Notes: generated by a model not told the origin, from the letters alone. Shown: positions 1 through 13,715, numbered from the stretch's first letter. The stretch: 64,000 nucleotides of DNA from Octopus vulgaris (GCA_951406725.2 OX597836.1:47616001-47680000), one strand, 5' to 3'. Translations and numbers: made by a program.

Positions 1-187
1 AACTTATTCAAAAGCACTACAGAGTGCATTCCTTCCTTTCTCACATCAGATTGACAAACAGCCCCTGGCGACTTCCTTTGCTAGCATTTTGTCCTTGCCA
101 TGAGAAACTACAAATGTGACTTTCCATTACCTTCTTTCAAGGGCTTTTTACAAGACACCATCTTGTTGGTCAGATGGATAACTTTGG

Positions 188-510
188 TGCCAGCATAGCT
201 GTGTGGGAAGATGCTTACTTTCCAACCAAATGGTTCGGAGTTTAGACACCTTGGGCAAGTGTCTTCTACTATAGCCTCAGGCTGACCAAAGCCTTGTGAA
301 TGGATTTGGTAGACAGAAACTGAAATAAATGTGTGTGTGTGTGTGTGTTTGTACTCCACCACCACTTGACAACTGGTGTGTTTATGTCCCTGTAACTTAA
401 CAGTTCAGCAAAAAAGACCAATGAAATAAGTACAAAGCTCAAGGAAAAAAGTCCTTCGGTTGATTTGTCCAAACATGGCCACTGTCAAATGACTGAAACA
501 AGATAAAAGA
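188..510 (+). mobile_element. tRNA-derived SINE, major family (old, internally deleted copy)
   Basis: Degenerate A/B-box head, ccttgggcaagtgtcttctactatagcc core, central (GT)n, tail gtcaaatgactgaaacaag shared with ~20 copies in the window. Confidence 0.85.
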
Positions 511-1405
511 TGTCTGGGCGCTGAGAATACGAACAAATACAACAAAGCATTTTGTCCACCACTCAAGAGCGACAACATAAATGGCTAGGAATTTGGTCTG
601 AGATTCTGACTGCAAAGTTGTTACTTTGAAGTGCATTATTAATTAATGAACCAAATTGTCTGCACAGGTACTAATGAAATCTAGTTTACATACATTATAA
701 ATCATTATAAGCTACAAATCTCTCCACAGTAAAAGCTGGAGAATCAGATCAATCTCACCTTTTTTTTGCACGCTACAGATAAAACCCTTTGGTATAATCA
801 CTTTTTTTTTAAACAGCAAAGCTAAAATTGTATGCTTATCAAAAAGATTATATCTTTTGTTACAATTCAATTTATTCAGGAGTGCTGGGTGGGGCATTAT
901 GTATGCACACACACACACACACACAAATACAAATAATACACTTTGATAATGAAAAAGCAAGCACGTGATCCAAATGTTCTATATTTTGTTTATATATGTA
1001 TTATAAATATTTGGTTCTTACTCCAGTTTGAAAATCTGTGATCATTCATTTTGAGAGACTGCAGAGCATGGAACTTGAGTAGTGGTTGAGTACTTAGCTG
1101 TGTGTGTGTGTACATATACAGGTGTACACATACATATACACACACACACACTTACAAATATACATATGGAGGGACCATCCTGGCTTAACACCTTTTGATG
1201 TCAGTAATGAATCCACCTTGCTACATTCAAGCTAAATTTTTTGTCTGACAATTAACTTCCACCCTTCCTCTACCTGTCTCAGAGCTCCAGCAGCATACAT
1301 GCATATATTATTTAGAATTAATGGATTTTAGTTTTCCCTATTACAAAAGTTGCCAGCAAAGAAAATGCCAGGTAATTTACTTCAAGTAAAATATACAGCT
1401 ACCAC

Positions 1406-1460
<55 letters not shown>

Positions 1461-1974
1461 CTTGTCATAAATCTACTTACTTTTTAAAATAGTGAAATAC
1501 CACAGAGAGGTGATTAATTAAGATAATCCTAATCTTTAATCTTGCTATGAGGTCACAATACAGAGACAAATATGTACACATTTCACTCACACACATACAT
1601 CCCATCAGAATCAGACTGAACAAAACTAAATAATGTCGCATTTTCTTTGGGGTTCAAACTCTATTATAAGTGAATACTCTGCTTACAATCAATCAATCTA
1701 TTATTAATCTAGTTCTATATTTAGGAGTATGTTTCAGCAGGAGTTATATTGTAATTGTTGTTTAGCACCCAAGCATTCAGCCTTGCCTTTTTGTGGGCAT
1801 AGTCTACTTTGGAAGATAGTCACCAATGTATTTTTTTCTGCTTTAAGATGATAAAGTATGATCTGAGATTGCAATTTTCAGTAAACTGAATGAACATGTT
1901 CGCAAGGTTTTCATTAATGCCGTCTGAGAACTCATTGTTTTGTTATCTTTTGCTTTTTTTTATTTTTAATACTT

Positions 1975-2188
1975 ATACTCTTACTCTCTTTTTTATTTTT
2001 ATACTTGTTTCAGTCATTTGACTGCAGCCATGCTGGAGCACCGCCTTTAATCGAGCAACTAGACCCCAGGACTTATTCTTTGTAAGCCTAATACTTATTC
2101 TATCAGTCTCTTTTGCCGAACCACTAGGTTACTGGGACGTAAACACACCACCATCGGTTGTCAAGCGATGTTGGGGGGACAAACACAT

Positions 2189-2240
<52 letters not shown>

Positions 2241-2394
2241 GATGGGCTTCTTTCAGTCTCCATCTACCAAATCCACTCACAAGGCTTTGGTCAGCATGAG
2301 GCTATTGTAGAAGACAGTTGCCCAAGGTGCCACGCTGTGGGACTGAACCCGGAACCATGTGGTTGGTAAGCAAGCTACTTACCACACAGCCACT
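1975..2394 (-). mobile_element. tRNA-derived SINE, major family, near full length
   Basis: Reverse complement of family consensus: head gtggctgtgtggtaag...ggttcagtccc, central (AT)n, (taaaagag)n-like tail. Confidence 0.92.
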
Positions 2395-3351
2395 TTCCTC
2401 TAAGATTGATGTGACTGATACAATTTCTTCAGTTTAGCTCACTGAGATTGATGAGATGGCTGTTCAGCTTGGCCTTCAAAGACTGACATGACTATCAATC
2501 ATGACTTATGAATATCTGTAAGACAATGTCTGTAGGAGAAATCTGAATGGAAGGGAATGATCAGGAATAGGGGTTTATGAGGGGACATGTTGGTGTGGCA
2601 GCAGGAGACTTAAATGAGTAGGGGTGGTATGCCAGTAGCTATTTCATAAGAGCAGATGCTGCTGCAGGAGCAAGTGACAAAAAAGAGGGAGACAGCACTA
2701 TTTTGAGTTAAGACCACTGAAATATGTACGACCAATAAACTGTCTGGGAATGGGTGATTCAATCAATGATACTCTCTGCTTACAACAACTGAGAATACTT
2801 AATGAAATGAATCCAACTCCAATAAGTTACTATTGATACAATTGCTATCAAGAATCAGTAAAGGTCAACTGGAAATCCAGAAGAATTGAAAAGGTCATCA
2901 GGAATTTCTGAAATATTTGTTTGATTTGTCTCAGATCAATATGATTTATACGAAAGAATAAAGGTAAAAGTAATGATTTACAAAATCTGAGCTTCACAAC
3001 AATCAACCAGAATCTATTCTTTCTTGAGAACTATTCACTGAGACATGAAACGTATTTGAACACACACACACACACTCACTCATTATCAATAGCATATTAC
3101 CCAATGTATGAGCTTTGTTTGTTCACCACTACACTGGGGTTTAGCACAGTGGAGATGACTCCCTCCAAGCACTGGGTATTAAAACATCTGAAAGGTGAGA
3201 CAGCATACCAGCAAGCAAGCAAAACACATACACTGAGTATGTGTGATCAATAATGTTCACAACACTAGCACCGTTTCTAATTCATAATTAAATGAATATA
3301 TATATATATATATATATATACAGGAGTGGCTATATATATATAATATATATA

Positions 3352-3750
3352 TAGGCACAGGAGTGGCTGTGTGGTAAGTAACTTGTTTACCAACCACATG
3401 GTTCTGGGTTCAGTCCCACTGCGTGGCACCTTGGGCAAGTGTCTTCTACTATAGCCTCGGGCCAACCAAAGCCTTGTGAGTGGATTTGGTAGATGGAAAC
3501 TGATAGAAGCCCGTCGTATATATGTATATATATGCATATGTGTGTGTGCGTGTATGTTTGTTTGTCCCCTGAGCATTGCTTGACAACTGATGCTGGTGTG
3601 TTTATGTCCCCGTTACTTAGCGGTTCAGCAAAAAGAGACCGATAAAATAAGTACTGGGCTTACAAAAGAATAAGTCCTGGGGTCGAGTTGCTCGATTAAA
3701 GGCAGTGCTCCAGCATGGCTGCAGTCAAATGACTGAAACAAATAAAAGAG

Positions 3751-3752
<2 letters not shown>
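3352..3752 (+). mobile_element. tRNA-derived SINE, major family, full length
   Basis: A-box tggctgtgtgg, B-box ggttcagtccc, CORE-like accttgggcaagtg, internal microsatellite, tail aaataaaagag; sits between (AT)n runs. Confidence 0.93.
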
Positions 3753-3791
<39 letters not shown>

Positions 3792-3794
3792 ATC

Positions 3795-4035
3795 CTCTGT
3801 ATAGGTGTGTGTGTGTTTCCTCTATGCACAGCCAAACCTCTGGATCAATCTGTACCAAATTTATTGGTATGAAGGTTTTTCATTACTCGGGAACAGTTCT
3901 AGGGGGTCAAATTTCGGCCCTTGTTCATATAGAGGGCTGCAGCCCCCTTCCCCCTATACAACCCATCCGATTTTTTTTCAGTGGTATAATACCAAATTTG
4001 GCATGAAGGCTTTTCATTACTCAGGGAAAGTTGTA

Positions 4036-4040
<5 letters not shown>
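3795..4040 (+). mobile_element. Non-autonomous Helitron-like 5' fragment
   Basis: (GT)n followed by ctatgcacagccaaacc...accaaattt(gg)...atgaagg, present twice; architecture resembles the element at 56572-56956. Confidence 0.4.
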
Positions 4041-4072
<32 letters not shown>

Positions 4073-5223
4073 CACAGACATACATGTAGATATAAAGACA
4101 GTTTTCTTTCCTGTTTATTTGTTGCTGTTTAGTTCCGACAAGAGCAAACCTATGATTAAAGGCGTTTTAGCAACGGTCATATCATTTTTCACCTAGACAG
4201 TGAATTCTGCATTCAGGATCATAGCATCCAATGTTTTAAAAAAAATAAAGCAGGTATATATGTCTAGCATTTCAGCCAGCCTCATACAAGCTTCTTTGTT
4301 CATTCATATTAATTATTTTTTTGTAGCTAGATGCACTTCTTGAAGATAATAGTTCTATCCAAGACAAACCTGAGTAGTTAACCTTGACAAAGCTTAAGAA
4401 GCAATGCCTGTGCTACAAAGCAATGTTGAGGATTCAAACCCAAGGGTTAACCAGTTTGTGAACAGACCAAACAGACCGAATGAAATATATTTGCCATGTG
4501 CTGTAATTAATTTTGAAATATAATCAAGAGCTCAGAGAGATTGTGTAAAATATGTTTTTCACTTCTATGTTGTTTGGAGCGTAACAAAATGTTCTTCCTT
4601 AAAATCACATTGCAAAGTTTTAATTTAAATATGAACATCGTGAAATTTGAGGTCTTGTAATACAATACCTTAGGCAGTCTCAAACAATTTATCACAAGGG
4701 ATAAAATTTCACCTTCACCCAAACAGTGATTAACAGTAAAAAAAATTACTTTGAATAATGATTTTGTTGTTGCTGTAGGTTAAACTTGAGTCAGCTCTTA
4801 TGGAGCAAACCTGTGGTCAAAGGCATTCTAGCCTTGACCATCATTGGTATTGCATTTCTTCAACTACATTGGATGGAGTCTTTTTTTTTTTTTTAATTAA
4901 TTCCATTGGTTGGTAGTACCTGGATGGTAGTACCCACTTTGGGAACATTGTGAGCTTAGAATGAGGTTCTATGAGGGTACTGGGTATTTGGAGGGGTTAT
5001 AATAGTTTTTAGAAACAAGATATTTAGACTTATACCAAAATCTCATTTAAATAATGTTGTGCCTGGGGAGGGTCATATTGTCTTAATGCCTTATTATGTA
5101 ACACACTCACTGGTTCAATTTCCACTCATTTATTATTCATATTTTTCTTCCAAAAATTTTCCTTGCTTTTGCAACCTTGTCAATGGATTCTTATTTAAAT
5201 AAGATATTTAAATACCTTACATA

Positions 5224-5858
5224 TAGGGTCATCCCATAAATAAGGCGGTTTTTGCAATTGCATGAACTAAAAGTCGGACAGGAACAGGATAAACTACCTG
5301 CATCAACTTGCTATAAAAGCAGATAGTAATTTTACCTTGTACTTATTTTTAGTGAAAGTCTTGAAGAGTGCAGTTCAATCTTAACAGTTATTTTTTCAAT
5401 GCTTTAATGGAAGTGATAATGGAGCATATTTGGCATATTTTGCCTTATTAGTTCAATAAAGGCAACGATGCAATGGAAAGTGGGAGGAATATTAATGCAG
5501 TATATGGGAATCAGACAATAAGCTAGCGTCAACGATGGTTCCAGAAATTCTGAGCTGGAAACTACAGCCTAGAAAATGAGGCTTATCCTGGGAGATCTGT
5601 AGAGCTTGATGAGGACGTCCTGCAAACCCTAGTGGAACAGAATCCCACTGTAACTGTAAAGGAACTAGCAGAGAAGCTTCAATTCCGTCATTCAACCATT
5701 CATCAATACCTGCATGCCATCAGAAAAGTCAGCAAATTGGGTCCATGGGTTCCTCACAAACTCCCCATATCAAATCAGGTGCAGAGAGTGAATGTGTGCA
5801 CTTCTTTGCTATCACATCTCATGAATAAACCATTTTTGGACCAAATAGTGACTGGTGA
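5224..5858 (+). mobile_element. Mariner-type DNA transposon, 5' half, dead transposase
   Basis: TIR tagggtcatcccataaat after TA; ORF 5632 gives HTH (ELAEKL..HSTIHQYL), WVPHKL motif and IVTGD first catalytic Asp; 3' half replaced by a minisatellite. Confidence 0.92.
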
Positions 5859-6210
5859 CAAGCCATGTCCCTGTATTGACAGCCACATCACTGCATTGAC
5901 AGCCATGTCACTGTATTGACAGCCATGTCACTGTGTTGACAGCCATGTCACTGTGTTGACAGCCATGTCACTGTGCTGACAGCCATGTCATTATCTTTTC
6001 ACAGCCATGTCACTGTGTTGACAGCCACGTCGCTGTGTTGACAGACACGTCACTGTATTGACAGCCATGTCCACTGTGTTGACAGCCACGTCACTGTATT
6101 GACAGCCATGTCACTGTATTGACAGCCATGTCACTGTGTTGACAGCCACGTCACTGTATTGACAGCCATGTCATTATCTCTTCACAGCCACATCACTGTG
6201 TTGACAGCCT
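5855..6210. repeat. 20-bp minisatellite (ttgacagccatgtcactgt[a/g])n, ~17 copies
   Basis: Direct tandem units with minor variants and no unique spacers. Confidence 0.95.
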
Positions 6211-7630
6211 TTGCATTATTTGTTTTAACAGTAATGTCATGCATTGCTGCTTTATCACCAGCGTTTGTGGCTACATGTAGGACATGATGGAACTATTTCC
6301 TCAGTTTCTGCATATCCAGTTTTAATCTACCAGTTTGCAGTATCTTATAGTTTGTTGTCTGTGCAGATAATCTCTTGCTGCCAACATAGGACAAGCAACA
6401 GGTATCTATGGCTTATAAGTTCATCAAACATGCAACTATTCTCTGGTTTGTTTTGGCTGAAATTCCTCGCTTTAGCCTGTTAAGTAAGTTGCTAAACAAT
6501 AAAGGAATTTGAGGGAAAGCATTCAACCACTAGAGCATATTACTGGTACTTAATTTACTGAAGATAACACATAAAATGTATGACTGTGTCTTGATCAAAC
6601 AAAGAAGCCTCTACATGGAAACTCAACCTGCCAGAAAGAGCAGCCAAATATCCCTCATTTCACACTCTACTACTTGAAAATGGTGGGATACAATAGATAA
6701 CACAGTCCATTATATAAAAACATAAAACAGCTATGGATGGACAGCCTTTAACCTGACTAAAACAAGAACAATATACAATAGCTGAATTTGCTAAAACACC
6801 AAAAATTGTACTAGACAGTATCCAAGACTGGGATGCTGCTCTCTCACAACCATCACCATTTTAATACGGAAAAGTTAGAAATAAAAAAAAAAAATTAATT
6901 AAATGGGGAATGTAGATGCTTTTAAAATAGCTTTTTAAAAAAGATCTAAATGGCTCTTGTAAAGAAAGCAGATTAAACATATATATCAACTAATTTTTTT
7001 TTATAATCTTAATATTTAAAGTAATACAAAATTTCGGGCTTACTACAAGAAAAAAAAGTTATTTTCTTTTAGTAATTTTTTCCACTCATTTGTTAGTCTT
7101 AGATGTGCATATGATAATTTGTTCTGCATGTGTGTGCAAAAGCCAGTCTCAGTTTGTAAGACTGGACACACAAAGAAAAACTGTGCGATTATATACACAC
7201 ACACGATATTTATTCTAAGTCATTTTACTTTAATTAAATAAGAAAGCTTGAAAGAAAAGTTTGGGAATATTTTCTTAAATATCAAAATATTTTTGAGAAA
7301 AGTTTTTGAACAAAATCTGACATGTCTCTTAGTGAACAGAAATTCTTTCAAAGAACTTGATACTGAATTCAATATTCAGTCAGATGAGTAAACACACTTA
7401 TTGAATTCAGCAAACAAAATTAAATTTCACATGGTTGTTTCTGTTTTTTGCTTTTATCTCACTAAACTAGACAGGAAAGAATGAAGAGGTTTTAGCATCT
7501 TGAAAAGGGAAATCTGTAAAGCAAACATACTTTGTAATTGGCTGAACACAATAATCAGATTTAGAGTTTTAAGACATAAATGGGATACAAACTTGAAGCT
7601 GTTTCCGTGAAGTATTCAATAAAAAATTAA

Positions 7631-8577
7631 ATCATCATCATCATCATTTAACGTCCGTTTTCCGCGCTAGCACGGGTTGGACGGTTCGACCGGGGTCTGG
7701 GGAGCCAGGGGCTGCTCCAGGCTCCAGTCTGATCTGGCAGTGTTTCTACAGCCGGATGCCCTTCCTAACGCCAACCACTCCGCGAGTGTAGTGGGTGCTT
7801 TTTACGTGCCACCTGCAGAGGTGCCAGAGAGGTCTGGCACCGGCCACAATCGGATGGTGCTTTTTATGTGCCACCGGCACAGAAGCCAGTCGAGGCGGGG
7901 CTGGCATCGGCCACGATCGGATGGTGCTTTTTATGTGCCACCGGCACAGAAGCCATTCATGGCGAGGTTGGCATCGGTCAAGTTCGGATGGGGCTTTTTA
8001 TGTGCCACCGGCACAGAAGCCAGTCGAGGCGGCACTGGCAACGGCCACGTTCGGATGGTGCTTTTTATGTGCCACCGGCACAGGTATCACAACTACTGTT
8101 TCCATTGATATTTGGTTCGATGTTCATGCACTTGACTCAACAGGTCTCCTCAAGCACAGCGAGATGTTCCGGGATCCAAGGTACTTTGAATGGGCAGGGG
8201 CTATGCGGAACTGGTGCCGGAAGCATCCCGGGTCTTAGTAGTCACAGCACATCTCCAGAGATCTCGGTCCTTCGCCATTGCCTCAGTGAGGCCCAACGCT
8301 CTGAGGTCATGCTTGACTACCTCATCCCATGTCTTCCTGGGTCTACCTCTCCCCCTGATTCCTTCAACTGTTCGGGAGTGGCACTTCTTCACACATCTCT
8401 CCTCATCCATCCGCAGTACATGACCATACCATCGCAAGCGTCGCTCTTGCACACCGCATCTGATGCTTCTTATGCCTAGCAATTCTCTCAGGGTGCTTAC
8501 ACTCTGTCGTGCATTCACACTGACATTACACATCCAGCGGATCATGCTAGCTTCATTTCTTTCAAGTCTACGCATAT
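7631..8577 (-). mobile_element. RTE-clade LINE, 5'-truncated 3' end
   Basis: ORF 8201-8575 = RT C-terminus (RRLRWYGHVLRM...GRGRPRKTW...DRDLWR); 3' UTR with ~60-bp tandem units; (GAT)n tail. Confidence 0.95.
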
Positions 8578-8584
8578 TTTTAAC

Positions 8585-9180
8585 AGTGATGTTGGCTCTA
8601 ACTGAAAAGATTTATTAGTCAAGGACATTGAAACCATGATTGCCTTGCCCTTATTCTTGAGGAATGATAAACCCTGGACTACATTATTCAATATGTCCTT
8701 TTCTTTAAGACTGTAAGGTATGACTTGAGGGGATTTTGGCTATTTTGCATATAAAGGCTCCCAAGTTGTTTTGGCTCAACAGTGGTTATAAAGTTACAAT
8801 GTGAGTCAATGAAGTACGGGACGAGTCAACAGAGAACTTAGATAGAAATAGCAGTTACATCTCCTTCAAATCACATCCTATCTTTTAAAAAAAATGGAAG
8901 AGCCCACGGGACATTGTTGTAATAAATATAAAGAGGTGGAGTGGTCATGGCTAGAATACCTGATCATAACTAAAGAGCACTGATAAAACCTCGATGCAGT
9001 CATTCAACTTGATGCCTGGATATCCTTAAAATGCCATCTTGCTATCTTAATAAAGATCATATTGGATAATACCATCTTAGATACAACAGGTTGTCAAAAA
9101 CGATAGGTTACTTGCAACCGGAATACCTTTTATTATATGATCAGCTCAATCAAGCTGACCTGTGGCTCAACAACTGACTT
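8585..9180. repeat. Cluster of an old, highly diverged interspersed repeat in both orientations
   Basis: Motif gttgtttagcc...agacctatgatcaaaggcattccagccatgaccatc...ggtgtgatttgagggagatttggctgct; further copies near 1760, 4125, 4770, 6600, 9480, 9960, 12505, 24780, 44140, 50300-50700, 59610, 60060, 61480, 62515, 63640. Confidence 0.7.
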
Positions 9181-11713
9181 GATCTCCATTTAACCACAAT
9201 ATTAAAATAATACACTATCAATAGATATTAAACACTTCAGTAGTTCATTCAAAAACCCCCATCAAATTCACTAAATTTTCAGATCTAATCCATCCATGCT
9301 AACATGAGCCTGAAACAGTGTTGTTACAAACCAAACTTCTTACCTACACAGTTATGCCTGTGTCCCAAATAATTGGTCGGAGATGAGGAATTTGAGAGAT
9401 AAACTATATTCAACTGAAAATCAAAATAATTAATATATCTGTAAAACAAAAAAAAAGCTATTTTAAAGTAAAATACAACATTGTTTAACCTCCGGTCAGT
9501 GCTGAATTAGTAGACTCAAAAATCAAAGATATTACAGTCTTTTGTATATGTAGAAGCTACATTGTACAATGTGTCCTTCCATTTCGAAGAGGGGCAAGTG
9601 TGGTTTGAGGAGAATTTTGCTGCAATTTCAAGACGGTTGCAGTATGCTAACATTAATGAAATTGAAACAGTTTGGGCATACATTGTGAAGTAGACTCTAC
9701 AGTTTATAGAATGCAGGAGAAACTGAGAAGACAACACAATGAAAAGCAGGATTATCAGTAACAAGAGAACTTCTAGAATTCTACATTAATGACTGAGGAA
9801 TTCTTATGGCAATCCACAAGCTTTGCGGTTAAGAAATTTTAGACTGCATAACAGAAACACCTAAGTAATTAATCCTAGAAAACTAAACTGACAAGAAAGA
9901 AACTACAAAAGAATGAGTTATTAGTGGAGCAGGGAAGAGTTTCTTCTTACTATGTTGTTCTTGTTGGTTATCTCCCAGGTCACCCCACCCCCCTCCAACA
10001 GACCTATGGTCAAAGGTATTCCAGCTATAACCATACCATTATTTCACATAACAGGGACTATATTATCCAGTGTGTGCTGAAACAACAGATTTTAATTTCA
10101 GCAAAGAACCATCGTCTAATGTCATTCACTGAAGTGTTTATTGTACTTCCTGTTTATCCCCAGTGGTCAACCCGGATTCATCACTAGTGTTCCGGTTGTG
10201 ATGTTACCTGTTTTTTCAGAGGTAATTAGGAATAACTTATCAAATATGTCTTTCTTTAAGATGATGGAGCAGAATTTAAAGGAAACAGTAGCTTCCTCAT
10301 TAACATCTTTTTTTTTATATATGATAATCAAAAGAGGAGGTGAAGTACGGGCCATGATCCTCGTTCATCACACTCCCAGAAGGCCGTAGCTGGCATACAA
10401 ATATTTTAAAAACTGATTACAGTTTCTGAATCATTGACAAAAATGTGAAGCGGTTGCACTTTAATCCTTCATGACCATATTTCTTGTTTCAATTAATCTT
10501 CAAAGTAATCAAGAATTTGATGGAAATTGTAAAATAACTTAGTTTTCATAAAGACAGTTTCTGGAATAGGAAGATTTTATATAAAATTATTTTGGAAGTT
10601 CCGCCCACCCACCCCCATTTAAATGGAAGTTTTATATCATGGAACTGGGGGGGGGGGGTCAGATAATGGTCTTCATGGTTTAAAGCAGGTCAAGCACAAG
10701 TATCATTTTTACAGTCTGAATACAAATGGAATTGTCTATTGTCTTAGTTGGAAATTAAATAAGACACAAATAATTAAAGCTAGAATGCAATGATGATTCA
10801 TTAATTAAATCTGCAATTAAACAGTAAGTTTTAAAAAAGTATTGACATACAGATCACAATGGAATTTTCATCCTAATAAGAAAATAGCAATTTTTTTTTT
10901 TATTTTACCAAAGAGGCTGACACCAGATTCTTGTATTATTTTAACAATAAATAAATATGAATTAAAAGCAGAAAGAGGATTTCAGTTGAGAAGTTTTTGG
11001 AGCCTTGAGAAATTTAAAGTTAAGCTGGAATAGAATGAAATGGAAGATAAACATACTGGGCATATAACTAAATATAATTATAATATAAATAAAATAATTT
11101 TAGGAGAAGCAGATCATATTTTCACTGGAACAGAAGAAAAATTAAAACAAAAAAAACAAGGATTAAAAAAAAAAACATAAAAGAGTATTCCATGGAACCA
11201 TACACAATGGACTAAAATTAGGAAGCTACAGATTTTCAGTTTTCATGCACTAAAATATATTTAAGCTAGATCCAATAAATATACAATATACTGCTAAAAT
11301 AATGATTAAAAACAACTAATAGCCAGCACATCCGACAGATCATGATTAAAAAGGAAATACATATTGAAGGAATCTCAAGGAATATGCATGTGTGCAAGGC
11401 ACCACATTCAAAGTTAAGGTCACACATACAAAGTACTACTCATGACACAATGAAACATATTTGTTGAAGGGAAAATGTCTCAAGGGAACATTCTGCAGAG
11501 TAAATACAAACATACTATGGTCTCATCTATGTAATACAGTGAGTTCAAAAGCTTCAATTAACAGTAATTACCCATGCAGTTAATTAGTAAATTAAAAACT
11601 CCCACTAAATGCATTTGAAATTTAAAATCAAGCAAAAGAGAGAATTCAAACAAGATCAGTTGATGCATTTCGGAGTGAATCTATAAATTAGCAATTTCTT
11701 TTTATTTACTTTT

Positions 11714-12432
11714 TTTTTTTTAGTTTAATTACATACACTCAATAATCAAAAGTAAGAATTTCCATATATCAGTTGCCTTCCTATTAATTAACAGTAAATG
11801 CAAGAATTGTTGCTAAAAGTAAAGAGAAAGATCTACAATGAAACCAGCTTAATTATAGAGCAAGTCCCTCGGTAACAGCAATTAGGAAGAAGAATTTGAC
11901 TTTTAATTATTGTATATCTATGACATAAAACAAAAACTTCACTTAGCATTTCTGAAGATGCTCATTTGCAATTTCGTGGTTCAGGATTCAATCGTCTGCA
12001 TGGCAGAGGACATTATTATAAGTTCTACTTAACCCAAACCTATAAGAGTAATCGGGTGGGAGAAACTGTGGAACTCCATAAGATATATTTGTTCTGGAGT
12101 AGCTGACTTAATCCATTGTCCAGTTTAATATGACCAGCAGATTAGCTTTTAGATGTCTTCAGCAGAGTCTAATCTATTGCAAGAATTTGGACCAGCTCTC
12201 TGGTATAAAGATATCAAAATCTTTCGTCCATTCCTCACACCAGATTTGGAATGCCTGTAAAATATATAGAAATTCCTTTTTCTGCTTAAGCTACAAAAAT
12301 AATTTAAAAAGTATATTTTTTGATATCTTTTAGCAACAATTCTTGCATTTACTGTTAATTAATAGGAAGGCAACTGATATATGGAAATTCTTACTTTTGA
12401 TTATTGAGAGTATGTGATTAAACTAAAAAAAA
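11714..12432. repeat. Long near-perfect inverted repeat, ~106-bp arms (11714-11819 / 12327-12432), 507-bp loop
   Basis: Manual alignment shows 2 mismatches in ~106 bp; arms match no other repeat in the window. Confidence 0.95.
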
Positions 12433-12669
12433 TATGATTTGCTATTTGTAGCAAGTTGATCACATGGAGTCTCTCTTTCATTGGCATGAGCAGAGAAGAG
12501 GCTGTCGGTGTTTAACCTGAAGTCAATTCTGATTAATAAAGGACCTATGGTTAAAGGCATTCCAGCCATGACCATCTTTTTTTTAATTGAGGGGCATGTG
12601 ACTGCAATTTTAGAAAGCTGAATGATGATGTAGACTTTCTCAATGGTTTGTGTACAGAAAAAAGTCATC

Positions 12670-12890
12670 AACCCTTTAGCATTCAGATTATTCTGTCAAA
12701 TGCCATGCTTATTTCTTCAGTTTTGAATTAATCATAAATAACCTTGTAGCTTCAAGACTTTGATGAAATGATAGTTTATTTCTAAAATGACATTGCAGGG
12801 TAGGTGTGAGAAGACAGATCTGGTTACTTGAAACTAGAACAGTTAGAATAATTTGGCTAAAATATGATCAGTTTAAATGCTAAAGGTTTA
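12670..12890 (-). mobile_element. TTAA-type (piggyBac-like) MITE, family A
   Basis: Termini ccctttagcatt...aatgctaaagg; related copies at 26697, 46918, 52310, 59828. Confidence 0.8.
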
Positions 12891-13194
12891 CGTGAGGTGA
12901 TATTTACTAGTATGTTTTCCAATCAAATTCCAAATTCCATCTGAGACCAAATAATCCATATTTCTTCAAGTTCTTTGTCCCCTATTTAATTGAAATATAT
13001 AATGTTTACAGTTTATATGAACAGTCACTGTAACTATTTACTTCAGTTTTGGATAGTTCTTTCAAGTGTTACATCTCATCACATTTTCCTCAAAAGCGCT
13101 AGATATGATTGTTGATTATCTTTTTAAGTACAAAATTAATTCATCACAGTAAGAGAGATAAACAAAATACCATTTCCTGTTATGTCTTTCTCTC

Positions 13195-13270
13195 TCTATG
13201 TATATGTGTGTGTGCATATATAAATATGTATGCATACACGTGTGTATATATATTTACACACACACACATA

Positions 13271-13309
<39 letters not shown>

Positions 13310-13478
13310 TTGAAATTTATGAAAAACAAAAGACGGAAGACATGTGTGTGTATTTATACACGTATATATGTGTGTGCATACATGTGTGTGTGTGTATATA
13401 CATATATATATGTATATATATGTCTATATACACATATGTATGTATATTTATATATATATATCTCTATATACACATATG

Positions 13479-13524
<46 letters not shown>

Positions 13525-13715
13525 TATATGTATGTATATTTATACATATATATACACATATATATGTATGTATATTTATATATGTATATATAGTTGAAAT
13601 TTACAGAAAACATAAGACGAAGACAATATATGTGTGTGTGTGTGTATATATATATATATGTATATGTATGTATATATATATATATGTGTGTATACACATG
13701 TGTGTGTATACATAT
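13195..13715. repeat. Compound (AT)n/(GT)n/(AC)n microsatellite field
   Basis: Visible dinucleotide runs; source of spurious YI/CV ORFs. Confidence 0.95.

Noticed and set aside
3130-3200. Apparent minus-strand exon after ctcacctttcag
   Set aside because: Related sequence recurs at 48537-48660, so it is an old repeat
5855-6210. CRISPR-like regular repeats (also 46434-46590)
   Set aside because: No unique spacers, no cas genes, eukaryotic context
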